55,386 nt of DNA from Verrucomicrobiaceae bacterium. Lineage in GTDB: Bacteria; Verrucomicrobiota; Verrucomicrobiia; Verrucomicrobiales; V1-33. The notes under the pieces are model-generated. The model was not told the DNA's origin. It was given only the letters and a program-made list of their open reading frames with translations, and ran no database searches. Both the position numbers and the translations under genes were made by a program. Position 1 is the stretch's first letter. The number at the start of each line of letters is the position of its first letter. The DNA lies in the NCBI GenBank assembly GCA_027486335.1, contig JAIXPK010000178.1:1-55386 (forward strand), given 5' to 3'. This document shows, piece after piece, positions 1-9,100 of this stretch.

Positions 1-2
1 AC

Positions 3-215
3 GAAGCCGAGAACCGACGGCGGGAGAAGCGGCTGAAAAAGGAACAGGAAACGGCGCGCAAGGCCGGGCGCACGGTGACGCCGCTGCGCCAGGCGCTCCG
101 GCGCTGCACGCAGCGCACGATGAAGTTCGTGCGCTGGCTGCGGGCATTTCTGTTCCGCGACGCGCCCTGGACGGCCGTCCTCGACGCCCTGCGCAGGGTC
201 TACCGCACACCGTAG
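3..215 (+). CDS. 3' end of an unidentified CDS (partial, runs off the left edge)
   Basis: Frame 3 is open from the window edge to TAG at 213-215, with G/C-ending codons (...EKRLKKEQETARKAGRTVTPLRQALRRCTQRTMKFVRWLRAFLFRDAPWTAVLDALRRVYRTP*). It is absent from the ORF track only because it has no start in the window. No family recognised. Confidence 0.4.
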   Translation, partial: EAENRRREKRLKKEQETARKAGRTVTPLRQALRRCTQRTMKFVRWLRAFLFRDAPWTAVLDALRRVYRTP

Positions 216-235
216 CCGAAATCACGGACACCGTT

Positions 236-272
236 GAAGAGGGGACAAGAAGACAGACCTCTTCGGAGGGGG
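236..272 (+). repeat. Copy 1 of a ~30-nt interspersed repeat (core GGACAAGAAGACAGACCTCTTCGG-GGGGG)
   Basis: GAAGAGG (236-242) can pair with CCTCTTC (258-264) around the conserved loop GGACAAGAAGACAGA. Near-identical cores occur at 1271-1300 and 1403-1435. Confidence 0.6.
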
Positions 273-290
273 CTCCGCAGTTTGCGGATA

Positions 291-323
291 AAAAAACGGC
301 ACCACCGGGAGACCGGTGGTGCC
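291..323 (-). terminator. Rho-independent terminator downstream of the CHRD/PEP-CTERM gene
   Basis: Perfect 11-bp stem GGCACCACCGG / CCGGTGGTGCC (298-308 / 313-323) with a 4-nt loop. A7 precedes it on the + strand, giving a U-tract on the - strand. It lies 42 nt past the stop of the 365-946 gene. Confidence 0.65.
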
Positions 324-364
324 TTGAGATGGGTGTGCCGGGCAGGAGATCCCGGCTTGGAGGA

Positions 365-946
365 TCAGACGGTGGCGGTGCGGCGGCGGCGCATCAGGAC
401 GGCTCCACCGACGAGGCCGAGAGCGGCGGTGCCGGGCTCAGGCACCACAGCGAGGAAGCCGCGGATTTCCCCGCCTGGGAAGGCAGAGCTATGGATGTTC
501 ACGTAGGCTTTGCCGGCATCGAGGGCAGCAATTTGAGCATTCAAGGCAGTGGCGACGGTGCCACCGTTGTTGGTGATGAAAGCCGCGTTGTAGCTGCTGG
601 CGAGGGTCATATCGAAGGTCTGGCTGTAGGTGCCGCTGGTGACGCCCGATGGGAAGCCGAGGAAGGTAGGGGTCATGGTCATGACGCCCGCGGTGCCAGC
701 GCCAGCAACGGAGGTAGGCCCGTGAATGTGAGCAGCGGAGACATTTCCGATCAGACCGCTGAAGGTGATGTCCACCTTCATGGTGACCAGGTCCAGGTCC
801 AGCGTTACGATGGCGGAACCGGTGCCTGGGGAGGCATTGGGCGGGGCTTCTGCCGGACCGGAGAGGTCGGCATAGTACATGACTGTATGCGCCTGGGCGA
901 GAGGAGCCAAGACGAGCATCGCTAAGCTAAAGAAGATTTTTTTCAT
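365..946 (-). CDS. CHRD-domain secreted protein with C-terminal PEP-CTERM sorting signal
   Basis: Signal peptide MKKIFFSLAMLVLAPLAQA. CHRD-like motifs (SAAHIHGPTS..., YVNIHSSAFPGGEIRGFL). C-terminus is VPEPGTAALGLVGGAVLMRRRR, i.e. PEP motif, TM helix and Arg cluster. Confidence 0.85.
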   Translation of the reverse strand: MKKIFFSLAMLVLAPLAQAHTVMYYADLSGPAEAPPNASPGTGSAIVTLDLDLVTMKVDITFSGLIGNVSAAHIHGPTSVAGAGTAGVMTMTPTFLGFPSGVTSGTYSQTFDMTLASSYNAAFITNNGGTVATALNAQIAALDAGKAYVNIHSSAFPGGEIRGFLAVVPEPGTAALGLVGGAVLMRRRRTATV

Positions 947-1270
947 GGTGTGGAGGGTGGTTTAAGGTATGCCAATAGCAGGACAGCAGCGTTCAAGTAT
1001 GCTTCTGAAACCCACCTAGCGCGGCAATCTTAACGGTAAGTCGTTGAACTGCAAATACATCTTTGCGGGCGACGCGCGCGGTGCGGTTGAGAGGGGAAGC
1101 GGTGCGGTATGGCTGGCCTCCCCGGTTCATGTCATTGCATCCATAAGGGAAGTTGAGAGTTGATGGTGAGGAGGTTCATTTCCGTGTGGTGACAGAAAGA
1201 GCGATAAGGGGGGCTGGCAGAGGAATGGGTGGGTGGGGAATGGTTCTGGTGGGTTGTGGGGTGCTGGGTG

Positions 1271-1300
1271 AGGACAAGAAGACAGACCACTTCGCGGGGG
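1271..1300 (+). repeat. Copy 2 of the interspersed repeat (degenerate stem)
   Basis: AGGACAAGAAGACAGACCACTTCGCGGGGG. The loop sequence is conserved but the flanking stem is mostly lost. Confidence 0.55.
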
Positions 1301-1402
1301 ACGGGGGAGAGTCTTGACTGGTCGTCTCGACCGGACGCGGGGGCGGGGCGTTTTGTCGGGTGGAAGGGTCCGGACAGGCAGAGGGTGGATCGGGACAAAT
1401 CC

Positions 1403-1435
1403 GAGAGGACAAGAAGACAGACCTCTTTGGGGGGG
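1403..1435 (+). repeat. Copy 3 of the interspersed repeat
   Basis: GAGAGG (1403-1408) pairs with CCTCTT (1422-1427) around the loop ACAAGAAGACAGA, followed by a G-run. It lies about 50 nt upstream of the pyrE start. Confidence 0.6.
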
Positions 1436-1486
1436 AGTGAAATTGCGGTGGCGGAGGTGGCGGTGGGGGAGTATGCGCGGCGGGCT

Positions 1487-2056
1487 ATGACTACCGCCCG
1501 CCTGCAATTACTGGAAATTCTCCGTCGGAAATCCGTGATGTACGGGGATTTCACGCTGGCGTCGGGGAAGCGGAGTGATTTTTACTGTGATGCGCGGCTG
1601 ACGACGTTGGATCCGCGGGGAGCGCTGGCGCTGGGTGAGGTTGGGTGGGAGATGGTGGTGGCGGAGTCGGCGAAGCTTGGGGTGGTGCCGGTGGCGATCG
1701 GGGGATTGACGATGGGAGCGGATCCTGTGGCGCTGGCGATCGGGATGGGTGCGGCGCGGGCGGGGGCGGAGCTTCAGGTGTTTTCGATCCGGAAGCAGGC
1801 GAAGGCGCACGGGCGGGGGCGGTTGATCGAGGGGAACTTCAAGGCTGGGGATTGTGTGGTGATTGTGGACGACACGGTGACGACTGGGGGATCGACGCTG
1901 GAGGCGATTGAGAAGGTGCGTGCGGAGGGCGGGGCGGTGGCGTTTGTGATTGTGCTGGTGGACCGCGGGGAAGGCGGGCGGGAGGCGATTGAGGCGGCGG
2001 GGGTGCCGGTGTGTGCGGTGTTCACGCGGGCGGAGATTGACGGGGCTGGGTCGTGA
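1487..2056 (+). CDS. pyrE: Orotate phosphoribosyltransferase
   Basis: Internal ATG at 1487 of ORF 1229-2056. N-terminus ...YGDFTLASGKRSDFYCD... and PRPP-binding motif VVIVDDTVTTGGST. The upstream part of the ORF is G-rich non-coding sequence containing the repeats. Confidence 0.9.
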   Translation: MTTARLQLLEILRRKSVMYGDFTLASGKRSDFYCDARLTTLDPRGALALGEVGWEMVVAESAKLGVVPVAIGGLTMGADPVALAIGMGAARAGAELQVFSIRKQAKAHGRGRLIEGNFKAGDCVVIVDDTVTTGGSTLEAIEKVRAEGGAVAFVIVLVDRGEGGREAIEAAGVPVCAVFTRAEIDGAGS

Positions 2057-2105
2057 GGGGCTGGAGCCGAGGGGATGAGTGAAAGACCGAGCCAATTGAA
2101 ATCAA

Positions 2106-2597
2106 ATGCGACGCTACCTACTGTTTCTGACCCTGCCGCTGTTTCTGGCGGATTATGCTAGCAAGGAGTGGTGTGTGCGGCGGTTTGCGGCGCCGAGTGA
2201 GGAGGGGCACGATGGGATTGTGGTGGTGGAGGGGTACTTCAACCTTGTGCGGGTGCACAACACGGGGATTGCGTTCGGGATGGCGAACGGGGGAGCGCAA
2301 TCGAACTGGATTTTCGGCGGGGTGGCGATTGCGGCGCTAGGGTTGATCGGGTGGTTGTGGCGGACGAATGCGTTTCCGACGAAACTGAGTCAGGTGGCGG
2401 TGGCGCTGCTGCTGTCGGGGATTTTCGGGAACCTGCTAGACCGGTTCATGAGGGGGTATGTGGTCGATTTTCTCGACGTGCACATTCAGGGGAATCACTG
2501 GCCGGCGTTCAACGTGGCGGACAGTGCGATCTGTGTGGCGGCGGGGATGCTGTTTCTGTCGGCGTTTCAGAAGGATCCGGCGGCGGCGGCGAAGTGA
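2106..2597 (+). CDS. lspA: Lipoprotein signal peptidase (signal peptidase II)
   Basis: Four TM segments and the LspA signature motifs VHNTGIAFG, FGNLLDRF, YVVDFLD and FNVADSAI. Confidence 0.9.
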   Translation: MRRYLLFLTLPLFLADYASKEWCVRRFAAPSEEGHDGIVVVEGYFNLVRVHNTGIAFGMANGGAQSNWIFGGVAIAALGLIGWLWRTNAFPTKLSQVAVALLLSGIFGNLLDRFMRGYVVDFLDVHIQGNHWPAFNVADSAICVAAGMLFLSAFQKDPAAAAK

Positions 2598-2612
2598 GTT
2601 AGGACGGCGGGG

Positions 2613-4040
2613 TCAGTGGGTGGAGAATTTGGCGGCGAGGGCGTCGGCGAAGCGCGGGGAGGTGGCGTCGATGAGGGTGACGGTGGCACCGTGGCGGGAG
2701 AGGCGGATGGCGCGGTGGGGTTCTGACAGGGAGAACTGGTCCGGGGAGACGTCGAATTCCTGCTGCCATGGGATGCTGTAGCGCTGCATGAGGATGCGGC
2801 GGAGGGCGGCGAAGAATTCGGTGGCGTCGTTATCGGAGGCCCAGACGGAGCGCCAGAGGACGTGATCGCCGGCGGTATCGCCGGGGTAGATTTGATAGCG
2901 GTCGCCGCGCCAGCCTTCGGAGGCGGTGGTGGAGAAGTCGACGTCGGCCCATGGGCGGAGGAGGAAGTAGGAGGCGAGTTCTCCGGCGACGTTGGAGAAG
3001 AAGGGGGCTTTGCCTTCGACGGGGGCTGGGTCGAGAGGGACCTCGGCGGGTTGGAAGGGAGGATTCGCCATGTAGAGCGAGTCCGGGTGGAGGATTTCGG
3101 CGGTGCTGCGGGGGAGTCGGGAGTAGGCGGCGTTGACGGCGGCGAGGCCGCCGGAGGCGTGGAGGGACTGGACGAAGAGATTGCCCTGGTCTTCGGTCCA
3201 CTTCCATGATTCGCCCATGAACTGGGGGGCGTTGTAGGTGGGCGGGGGAGGAGGCGGGGCCTGGCCCTTGTCGAAGTTAGAGTTGAGCTGGTCGGAGATG
3301 CTGAAGCGGACGCGGGTGAAGTTTGCGTCGCCGTTGATGAGGGCGAGGGCGGCGCGAGCGGCGTCGTCATTGTCGGTGACGTCCCATGATTTGCTAACGG
3401 CTGGGAAGTTCTGGGAGATGAGGACGGGGAGGAGGGCACCGGCGAATTGTTCGCGGCTGTCGGCGCGGAGGAGGGAGGCGTCCTTCTGGTGGTAGAATTT
3501 GCCGGTTTCGGCGTCGTAGAAGCCGAAGGGTTTCATGGCGGCGAGACTGGCGGAGGCTTCGCGGAAGTCGAAGGCATCGGGGACGAAGCCCATGGCGCGC
3601 CATGCGCGGACGCGGTCGGCGGCGGCTTTTTCGGGGATGGCGGCGCGGCGGTGATCGGTGAGGCGTTTGAGGATATCGTCCGGGGAGGCGGGGACCCATT
3701 CCGGGGATTTGGAGAAGGCGAGTTCGCGCATCGAGGCGATGCGGGAGGCGACGGTGGCTGGGTCTGGCGGTGGTTTAGCGGCTTCGAGGGCGGCGGCGAG
3801 TTTTTCGCGGAGTTCGCGATTTTCGCGGTCGAGGTCAGCGACCTTGGCTTCGAGGCCCGCGGCTTGGCGCTGGATGAGGGCGTGGGCTTCGACGGTGACG
3901 GCGGAGGAGGAGCCGTCGGCGGAGGCTGGGGAAGCGGAAGGATTGCGGCGGAGCGCGGAGATTTCGTAGCGTGACCAGCACCAGATGCCGGTGACGGCGG
4001 CGAGGGAGACGAGGGAGGACAGGAGAGCGCCTGGATGCAT
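2613..4040 (-). CDS. Membrane-anchored coiled-coil protein, function unknown
   Basis: N-terminal TM anchor (LLSSLVSLAAVTGIWCW), a coiled-coil stretch (LEAKVADLDRENRELREKLAAALEAA), then a ~330-aa globular domain. C-ending codon usage typical of real minus-strand genes here. Last gene of the minus-strand operon. Confidence 0.7.
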   Translation of the reverse strand: MHPGALLSSLVSLAAVTGIWCWSRYEISALRRNPSASPASADGSSSAVTVEAHALIQRQAAGLEAKVADLDRENRELREKLAAALEAAKPPPDPATVASRIASMRELAFSKSPEWVPASPDDILKRLTDHRRAAIPEKAAADRVRAWRAMGFVPDAFDFREASASLAAMKPFGFYDAETGKFYHQKDASLLRADSREQFAGALLPVLISQNFPAVSKSWDVTDNDDAARAALALINGDANFTRVRFSISDQLNSNFDKGQAPPPPPPTYNAPQFMGESWKWTEDQGNLFVQSLHASGGLAAVNAAYSRLPRSTAEILHPDSLYMANPPFQPAEVPLDPAPVEGKAPFFSNVAGELASYFLLRPWADVDFSTTASEGWRGDRYQIYPGDTAGDHVLWRSVWASDNDATEFFAALRRILMQRYSIPWQQEFDVSPDQFSLSEPHRAIRLSRHGATVTLIDATSPRFADALAAKFSTH

Positions 4041-4054
4041 GCTGGGAGGGGGAA

Positions 4055-4819
4055 TCAGGTCCGAGGTTTAACGGGGACTGGAGGGAGCGGGAGCGGGTCG
4101 GCCGGGATTGGTTTGGGGGCGGGTTTGGGAGTGGGTTTGGGAGTGGGCGCGGGGGTGACCGGGGCGGTGGGAGGAGGGGAATCGGCGGGTTTGCGCTGGG
4201 GGAGGAACGAGCGGCCGGGAGGTTTTGGCTGGGCGGGTTTGGCGTCCGGTTTGGAGGTGGAGGCGTGGAGGGAAGGGGCGGCTCCTTTGCCCATGGGGGT
4301 ACCGGGGTCGAATTCGTCCTGAGCCTGCTCGACCGGGCGGACGGGTTTGACGTTTTTGGTATCGGCGACGGGTTTAGCGTCGGGGTTGTCCGGGTCGTAG
4401 TTGAAGGCGACGAAGCGCTTGGCGAAGCGGGGGTCTTTGAGTGCGCCTGGGTAGAAGAGACGGCGGATGATCTGGCCTTTGGCGTTGAAGAGACGTTCTT
4501 CGATGATCTGGTCGGTGGTGGCGTCGTAGCCGTAGACCATGGAGCCGAGGACGTTTTTGCGGCCGTCGTAGATGACGCCGTTGCGGAGGCGGCCTTTGGT
4601 GTCGGTTTCGAATTCGCGGACGAAGGAGAGGATGCTGTTTTCGGAGTAGGTTTTTTCTTTGATGCGGGTGCCGGTGCCGTCTTTGATGGATTCGGTGCGG
4701 GTGCCGTCGCGGTGGTAGTGGATGCGGCTGAAGGCGTCGATGCGCTTGTCTTCGGCGGGTGCGATGCGCGTGGACGCGGCGAGAGCGAGCACGGGCAGGA
4801 GGAAGAGCAGGCGGTTCAT
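4055..4819 (-). CDS. Secreted repeat protein with Pro/Lys-rich C-terminal tail, function unknown
   Basis: Start ATG at 4817-4819 (MNRLLFLLPVLALAASTRIAPA signal peptide). The rest of ORF 4055-5998 is read-through of the upstream gene region. Short beta-hairpin-like repeats (DGT-R-E, YDG-KN) and the tail PTPKPTPKPAPKPIP. Confidence 0.7.
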   Translation of the reverse strand: MNRLLFLLPVLALAASTRIAPAEDKRIDAFSRIHYHRDGTRTESIKDGTGTRIKEKTYSENSILSFVREFETDTKGRLRNGVIYDGRKNVLGSMVYGYDATTDQIIEERLFNAKGQIIRRLFYPGALKDPRFAKRFVAFNYDPDNPDAKPVADTKNVKPVRPVEQAQDEFDPGTPMGKGAAPSLHASTSKPDAKPAQPKPPGRSFLPQRKPADSPPPTAPVTPAPTPKPTPKPAPKPIPADPLPLPPVPVKPRT

Positions 4820-4850
4820 GGGGACGGGCGGGAGGGAGAGGGGAGGGTAA

Positions 4851-6050
4851 TCACGAAGCTGCGGGAATGCGAGCGCGGGAAAAGGTGCGGCGCGGCGGGA
4901 CGCCGCGGGTGGCGGCTTCGGAGTAGAGGTTTTCGAGGATGGCGGTCTGGCGGGCGCGTTCGAATTTCTGTTCGGCGTGGAGACGGGCGGTGGCGGCCAT
5001 TTGTTGATAGGCTGCGGGGTTGCTGGTGAGGAGGAGGGCGGCTTCGGCGAGGGCGAGGTGGTCGCGTTCGGGTGCGAGGAAGCCGCTGAGGGAATGTTCG
5101 ACGGCTTCGGGGATGCCGCCGTGATGTGTGGCGAGGATGGGGAGACCGCTGGCCATGGCTTCGAGCATGGAGTTAGGGACGCCCTCGCGGTTGCCGTCGG
5201 CGGGGGTTTCGCTAGGGTGGAAGAAGAGGTGTGCGGATTCGGTGAGACGGCGGAGTTCGGGCCCGTCGAGGAAGCCTGGGAAGGAGACGCGGTCGGCGAT
5301 GCCGAGGGAGGCGGCTTCGCGCGCGAGCTCGGCGCGCATGGGGCCGTCGCCGGCGAGGGTAAGGCGGGCGGCGGGGAGTTTTGAGGCGAGGGCGGCGAAG
5401 GCGCGGAGGGAAGTGAGGAGGCCTTTTTTGGGGACGAGGCGGCAGGTTTGGAGGAAGTGCCATGCGCCGTCGGCGGGGATGGGGCGAGGGGAGAAGGGCC
5501 AGTCGTCGAGGGGGATGCCGGTGCGCTGGAGGCGGAGTTTGTCGGGTGGGCAGCCTGCGGCTTGGAGGTTGTCGAGGAGGGCTTGAGAGCGAGCGAAGAC
5601 GAGGGAGGCGCGGTCGAAGACCGAGGCGAGGGCGCGCTGGTGGGCGGGGTTCTGCATGTCGACGCCGGCGTCAGCGCCGTGGAAGGAGACGACGACGGGG
5701 CGAGGGCAGGCGCGGAGGAACGGGCGGAGGAGGACGGCGATGTGGCCGAAGAAGATGTGGACGACGGAGGCTTCGGTGCGGAAGACGGCGTCGAGGAGGA
5801 GACGGACGCGGGTTGGGGGGATGGCGAGGGGTTCGCGACGGACGTGTTTCCACCACCAGCGGCGGAGGTTTTTGTGAGGGAGGGGCGGGAGGACGGTGAG
5901 GCGTTTGGGGTTGAAAGGGAAGCGGGCTTCTTCGGTGCGTTTCTGGGTGATGACGGCGGGTTGCCAGAGGTTGAGGGACACGATCTGGCGATGGACATGC
6001 TGCATGTCCGCTTTGAGAAAATCCTGACAGTAACAAGCCACGACCGGCAT
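4851..6050 (-). CDS. Glycosyltransferase, GT4 (GT-B, glycos_transf_1) family
   Basis: Start ATG at 6048-6050 (MPVVACYCQDF...). C-terminal GT4 signature ...FFHPSETPADGNREGVPNSMLEAMASGLPILATHHGGIPEAV... (EX7E-type). Confidence 0.85.
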   Translation of the reverse strand: MPVVACYCQDFLKADMQHVHRQIVSLNLWQPAVITQKRTEEARFPFNPKRLTVLPPLPHKNLRRWWWKHVRREPLAIPPTRVRLLLDAVFRTEASVVHIFFGHIAVLLRPFLRACPRPVVVSFHGADAGVDMQNPAHQRALASVFDRASLVFARSQALLDNLQAAGCPPDKLRLQRTGIPLDDWPFSPRPIPADGAWHFLQTCRLVPKKGLLTSLRAFAALASKLPAARLTLAGDGPMRAELAREAASLGIADRVSFPGFLDGPELRRLTESAHLFFHPSETPADGNREGVPNSMLEAMASGLPILATHHGGIPEAVEHSLSGFLAPERDHLALAEAALLLTSNPAAYQQMAATARLHAEQKFERARQTAILENLYSEAATRGVPPRRTFSRARIPAAS

Positions 6051-6112
6051 GGTGGTTGATACGTGGCGGGTTGGCGGCTGCAAGGCCTGGGGGTGGGAAA
6101 AGCCGTGCGGGG

Positions 6113-9100
6113 TCAGGGGAGCGGCGGGGGCGGATTGCTGGAGGTGGAGGGAGCGGGTGCTGGGGTGGGGGTGTGGTGGTGCCAGAGACCGCCGGCGGAG
6201 AATTGGGACCATGCCCAGCGGGCCATGCGGAGGAGAGTGAGGGCGAGCCAGAGGGACCATGCGAGCATGAGGCCGCGGTAGACCCAGATGGAGACGGAGA
6301 TGACGGAGGGGCGAGGGAGTTCGAGGCCGCCGCGGGCTTGGAACCAATGGAGCGTGGTGCCGTAGGAGCCTTTGCCGAGGAGGAACATGGAGGGGCTGCC
6401 GAGGAGGCCGGTGTAGAGGACCATGGCGATGACGGCGATGACTGGTATGACGCCGAGGGCGAGGAGGGATTGGGAGAAATTGAAGCCGGGGCGGCCGGGG
6501 CGGAGGCCGGAGGGGGAGCCGCGCCATGCGAGCCAGAAGAACCATGCGATGAGACCGCCGCCGGCGATGAGGGGGACCTGGGTGAGGCCGGTGAGGAGGA
6601 GGATCCATTGGCGGCGGGAGAAGGGGGAGAAGGGGAGCCCGCCGAGGACGGAGCCGAAGACGATGGCGGCGACGAGGACGGCCCAGAAGCGGACGGCTGG
6701 GCCGATGAGCGGGCCGTGGACCCAGAGGATCCAGCGGTCCTCGGGGAGGACGATGCGCTGGGTGATGTTGGAGCTTTCGACGGGGAGGGCGACGCGGCCT
6801 GCGGGGACGGAGGATTGCAGGGGAGCGGAGGAGTGCCATTCGAGGCGGATGAATTGGTCGCCAGGGCTTACGGGGATGATGACGGTGTCGCCGTCACGGC
6901 GGACGGGGATGTCGATGGGCTGATTGGAGTGGACGAGGGAAGTGACGTCAGCGCCGGGTTCGAGGGTGATGGGAAAGTCGCGGCCGACGCTGGCTTCGAC
7001 GATGAGCACGAGGGAGGAGGTACGGCGCTGCGAGCCGACGGTGGTTGTGTGGGTGACGCTGTGGACGGTGGTGGTTTCGCCGGTGACGGGTTCCGGGCGG
7101 GAGATGGCGAGGTTGACGGATTCGCCGGGCCACGGGTTCCATGAGGGGATGAGGTCGGGGGAGTTTGAGGAGAAGACTGGGGCGAGCCCGTCGATGGTGA
7201 CATTCCAGACGGGGGAGGTTTCGAGGAACCAGCGTTCGACCCAGAGCCCGCCTTTTTCTGCGGAGAGGGTCAGGGAGGGTTGGACGGGGAGTTCGCTTTC
7301 CCATGTGAATTCCTTGTCGGCGGCTCCGAGGCGGATTTCGATGCGGCCGTTGATTGGGGTGATGCCCTGGGTGAGGACCCGTTCGCCGGGGAGGAGGGGA
7401 AGTTGGAAGGCGACGGCTTTGCCTTCGCCGGAGAGCCTGAGGACGCGGGTGCGGGCCTGCCAGACGAGGCCGAGTTCGAGGTGGCGTTCGACGGCGGCGA
7501 CGGCGTTGAAGTCGCGGCGGTCGTAGGCGGCTTCGGTGCCTGCGGCGGCCTGCTGGCGGGTGAAGAAGACCTGGGCTTCGGGGATGCCGCCGGGTTTGAG
7601 GCCGGTGATGTTCCAGCCTGGGGCGTCGATTTCTGCGAGACGGGGTTTGAGCAGGAACGTCCACTGCCATTCGGTGCCTGCGGGGAGGAGCCCGCGGAGG
7701 ACGAGTTGGTGGACGCCTGCGGGGAGGGCGATCCAGAGGAAGCCGTCGCGACGGGCGAGGGCGGCGGCGGGTTCACCGTTGACGGAGACGGAGAGGGGTG
7801 ACCACGCGGGCAATTGGCCGGGGAGGGGGACGGCGCAGTCGGCGGCGGTGTGGATGGTGGCCTCGATGGTGAGGGCGCGGTCCTCGAGTTTGAGTTTGAC
7901 GAGGGGGATTTCGGCTGCGCCGGGGAAGGCGTCGGGGGTTTTGAGGAGTTGCTTGCGGAGGTCGTCGAGGAGAGTGGGCGCGGGAGCTGGGGGAGTAGGA
8001 GCGTCGGGCGGGGCGTCCTGAGCGTTGGAGAGGGAAGGGGCGAAGAGGAAGAGACAGGAGAGGAGGGCGATGGTGGCGGTGGTGGAGGGAGAGGGGAGGG
8101 AATCCGGAGGGGTAGTGGTAGAGGAACGGCGCGGGCGGAGGAGGCACCATGCGAGGGCGAGGAGGAGGAGGATTCTGACGAGCGTGAGGATGCGCTGGGG
8201 GAGGACGGGGAGGAGAAGAAGACGGACCTCTTGGGTGGGGGTGACCGGGCCGCGCCAGCCGAAGGAGACGCGACGCCAGTCCCACTTGGGGATGGCTGGG
8301 CCGGTCTGGATTTTGGCTTTGCTGTCGTAGGCCATGTTGGATTTGGCGGCGAACTGCTGCTGGGGGGCGCGCCCGGATTCTGTGGATTCGTCTCCGCTGT
8401 TGGCGCTGAAACTGACGGTGTATTCGACGGGGGCGCTGGGAGGGAAGAAGGGGACGGGGTTGATGGATTCGACTTGGGGGTGGAGCATGCCGGTGATCTG
8501 GCGGCTGAGGAACGGAACGGTGATGATGGCGAAGGCGAGGGCGGCGGCGAGGGCGAGGGTCGAGAGGATGGAGGCGGCGCGGCCTTTGGGGACGACGAGG
8601 CGGAGGGCGGCGACGGTGACGAGGATGCCCCATGTCCAGCGCGGGGCGTTGGGTTCCTTCCAGAGGAGGACGAGGGCGACGACGGCGAGGACGGCGGTTT
8701 TCCAGTTGTGGAGGCGATGGACGGCGAGGCCGAGGATGAGGACCATGAAGACGTCGAGGAGGGACCATGAGGTGAGCCAGTCGCCCTGGGACCATTCGGG
8801 GCCGAAGGCGGCGATGAGACGCCAGCCGGGAGGGAGGTGGAGGTTGACGTCAAGGCTTTCGGCGTTGGCCTGCCAGCCGGTGGCGTTGAGGGAACCCGAG
8901 AAGGCGGAGCGGCCGGTGGCGGTTAGATTGAGGTTGCGGCGGCGGACTTCGACGCCTTCGGTTTTATTGGTCGGGTGGCGGGTGATGAGCTGGCCTTCGC
9001 CGTCGATTTTGACGGAACCGAGTTGCTGGCCTGGGGAGGCGTCGAGACGCCATGTATTCTGGCCGGAGCCGGAGAGCCGGTCGCGCCATGTGAGGCCGCG

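Noticed and set aside
1397-1408. AAAUCCGAGAGG upstream of pyrE, resembling the PyrR-binding loop (as I recall it, ...UCCAGAGAGG...)
   Set aside because: It is one nucleotide short of the remembered consensus. No terminator/antiterminator alternative is visible downstream. The GAGAGG is part of the interspersed repeat, which also occurs away from pyr genes.
2567-3439. 290-aa minus-strand ORF, Pro/Ser/Thr-rich, overlapping the 2613-4040 gene in another frame
   Set aside because: Low-complexity P/S/T composition typical of an off-frame reading of G/C-skewed DNA. The 475-aa frame has the coherent codon pattern and domain structure.
4055-6839. ORF-track entries 4055-5998 (647 aa) and 4851-6839 (662 aa) taken at face value as very long proteins
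   Set aside because: Their N-terminal halves are P/S/R-rich read-through of the upstream gene in another frame. Internal ATGs at 4819 and 6050 give proteins with a proper signal peptide and a GT4 N-terminus respectively.
8214-8241. Partial match (AGAAGAAGACGGACCTCTTGGGTGGGGG) to the interspersed hairpin repeat
   Set aside because: It is inside the giant CDS, carries substitutions in the otherwise invariant loop, and lacks a flanking stem. Probably chance similarity in G/A-rich coding sequence.
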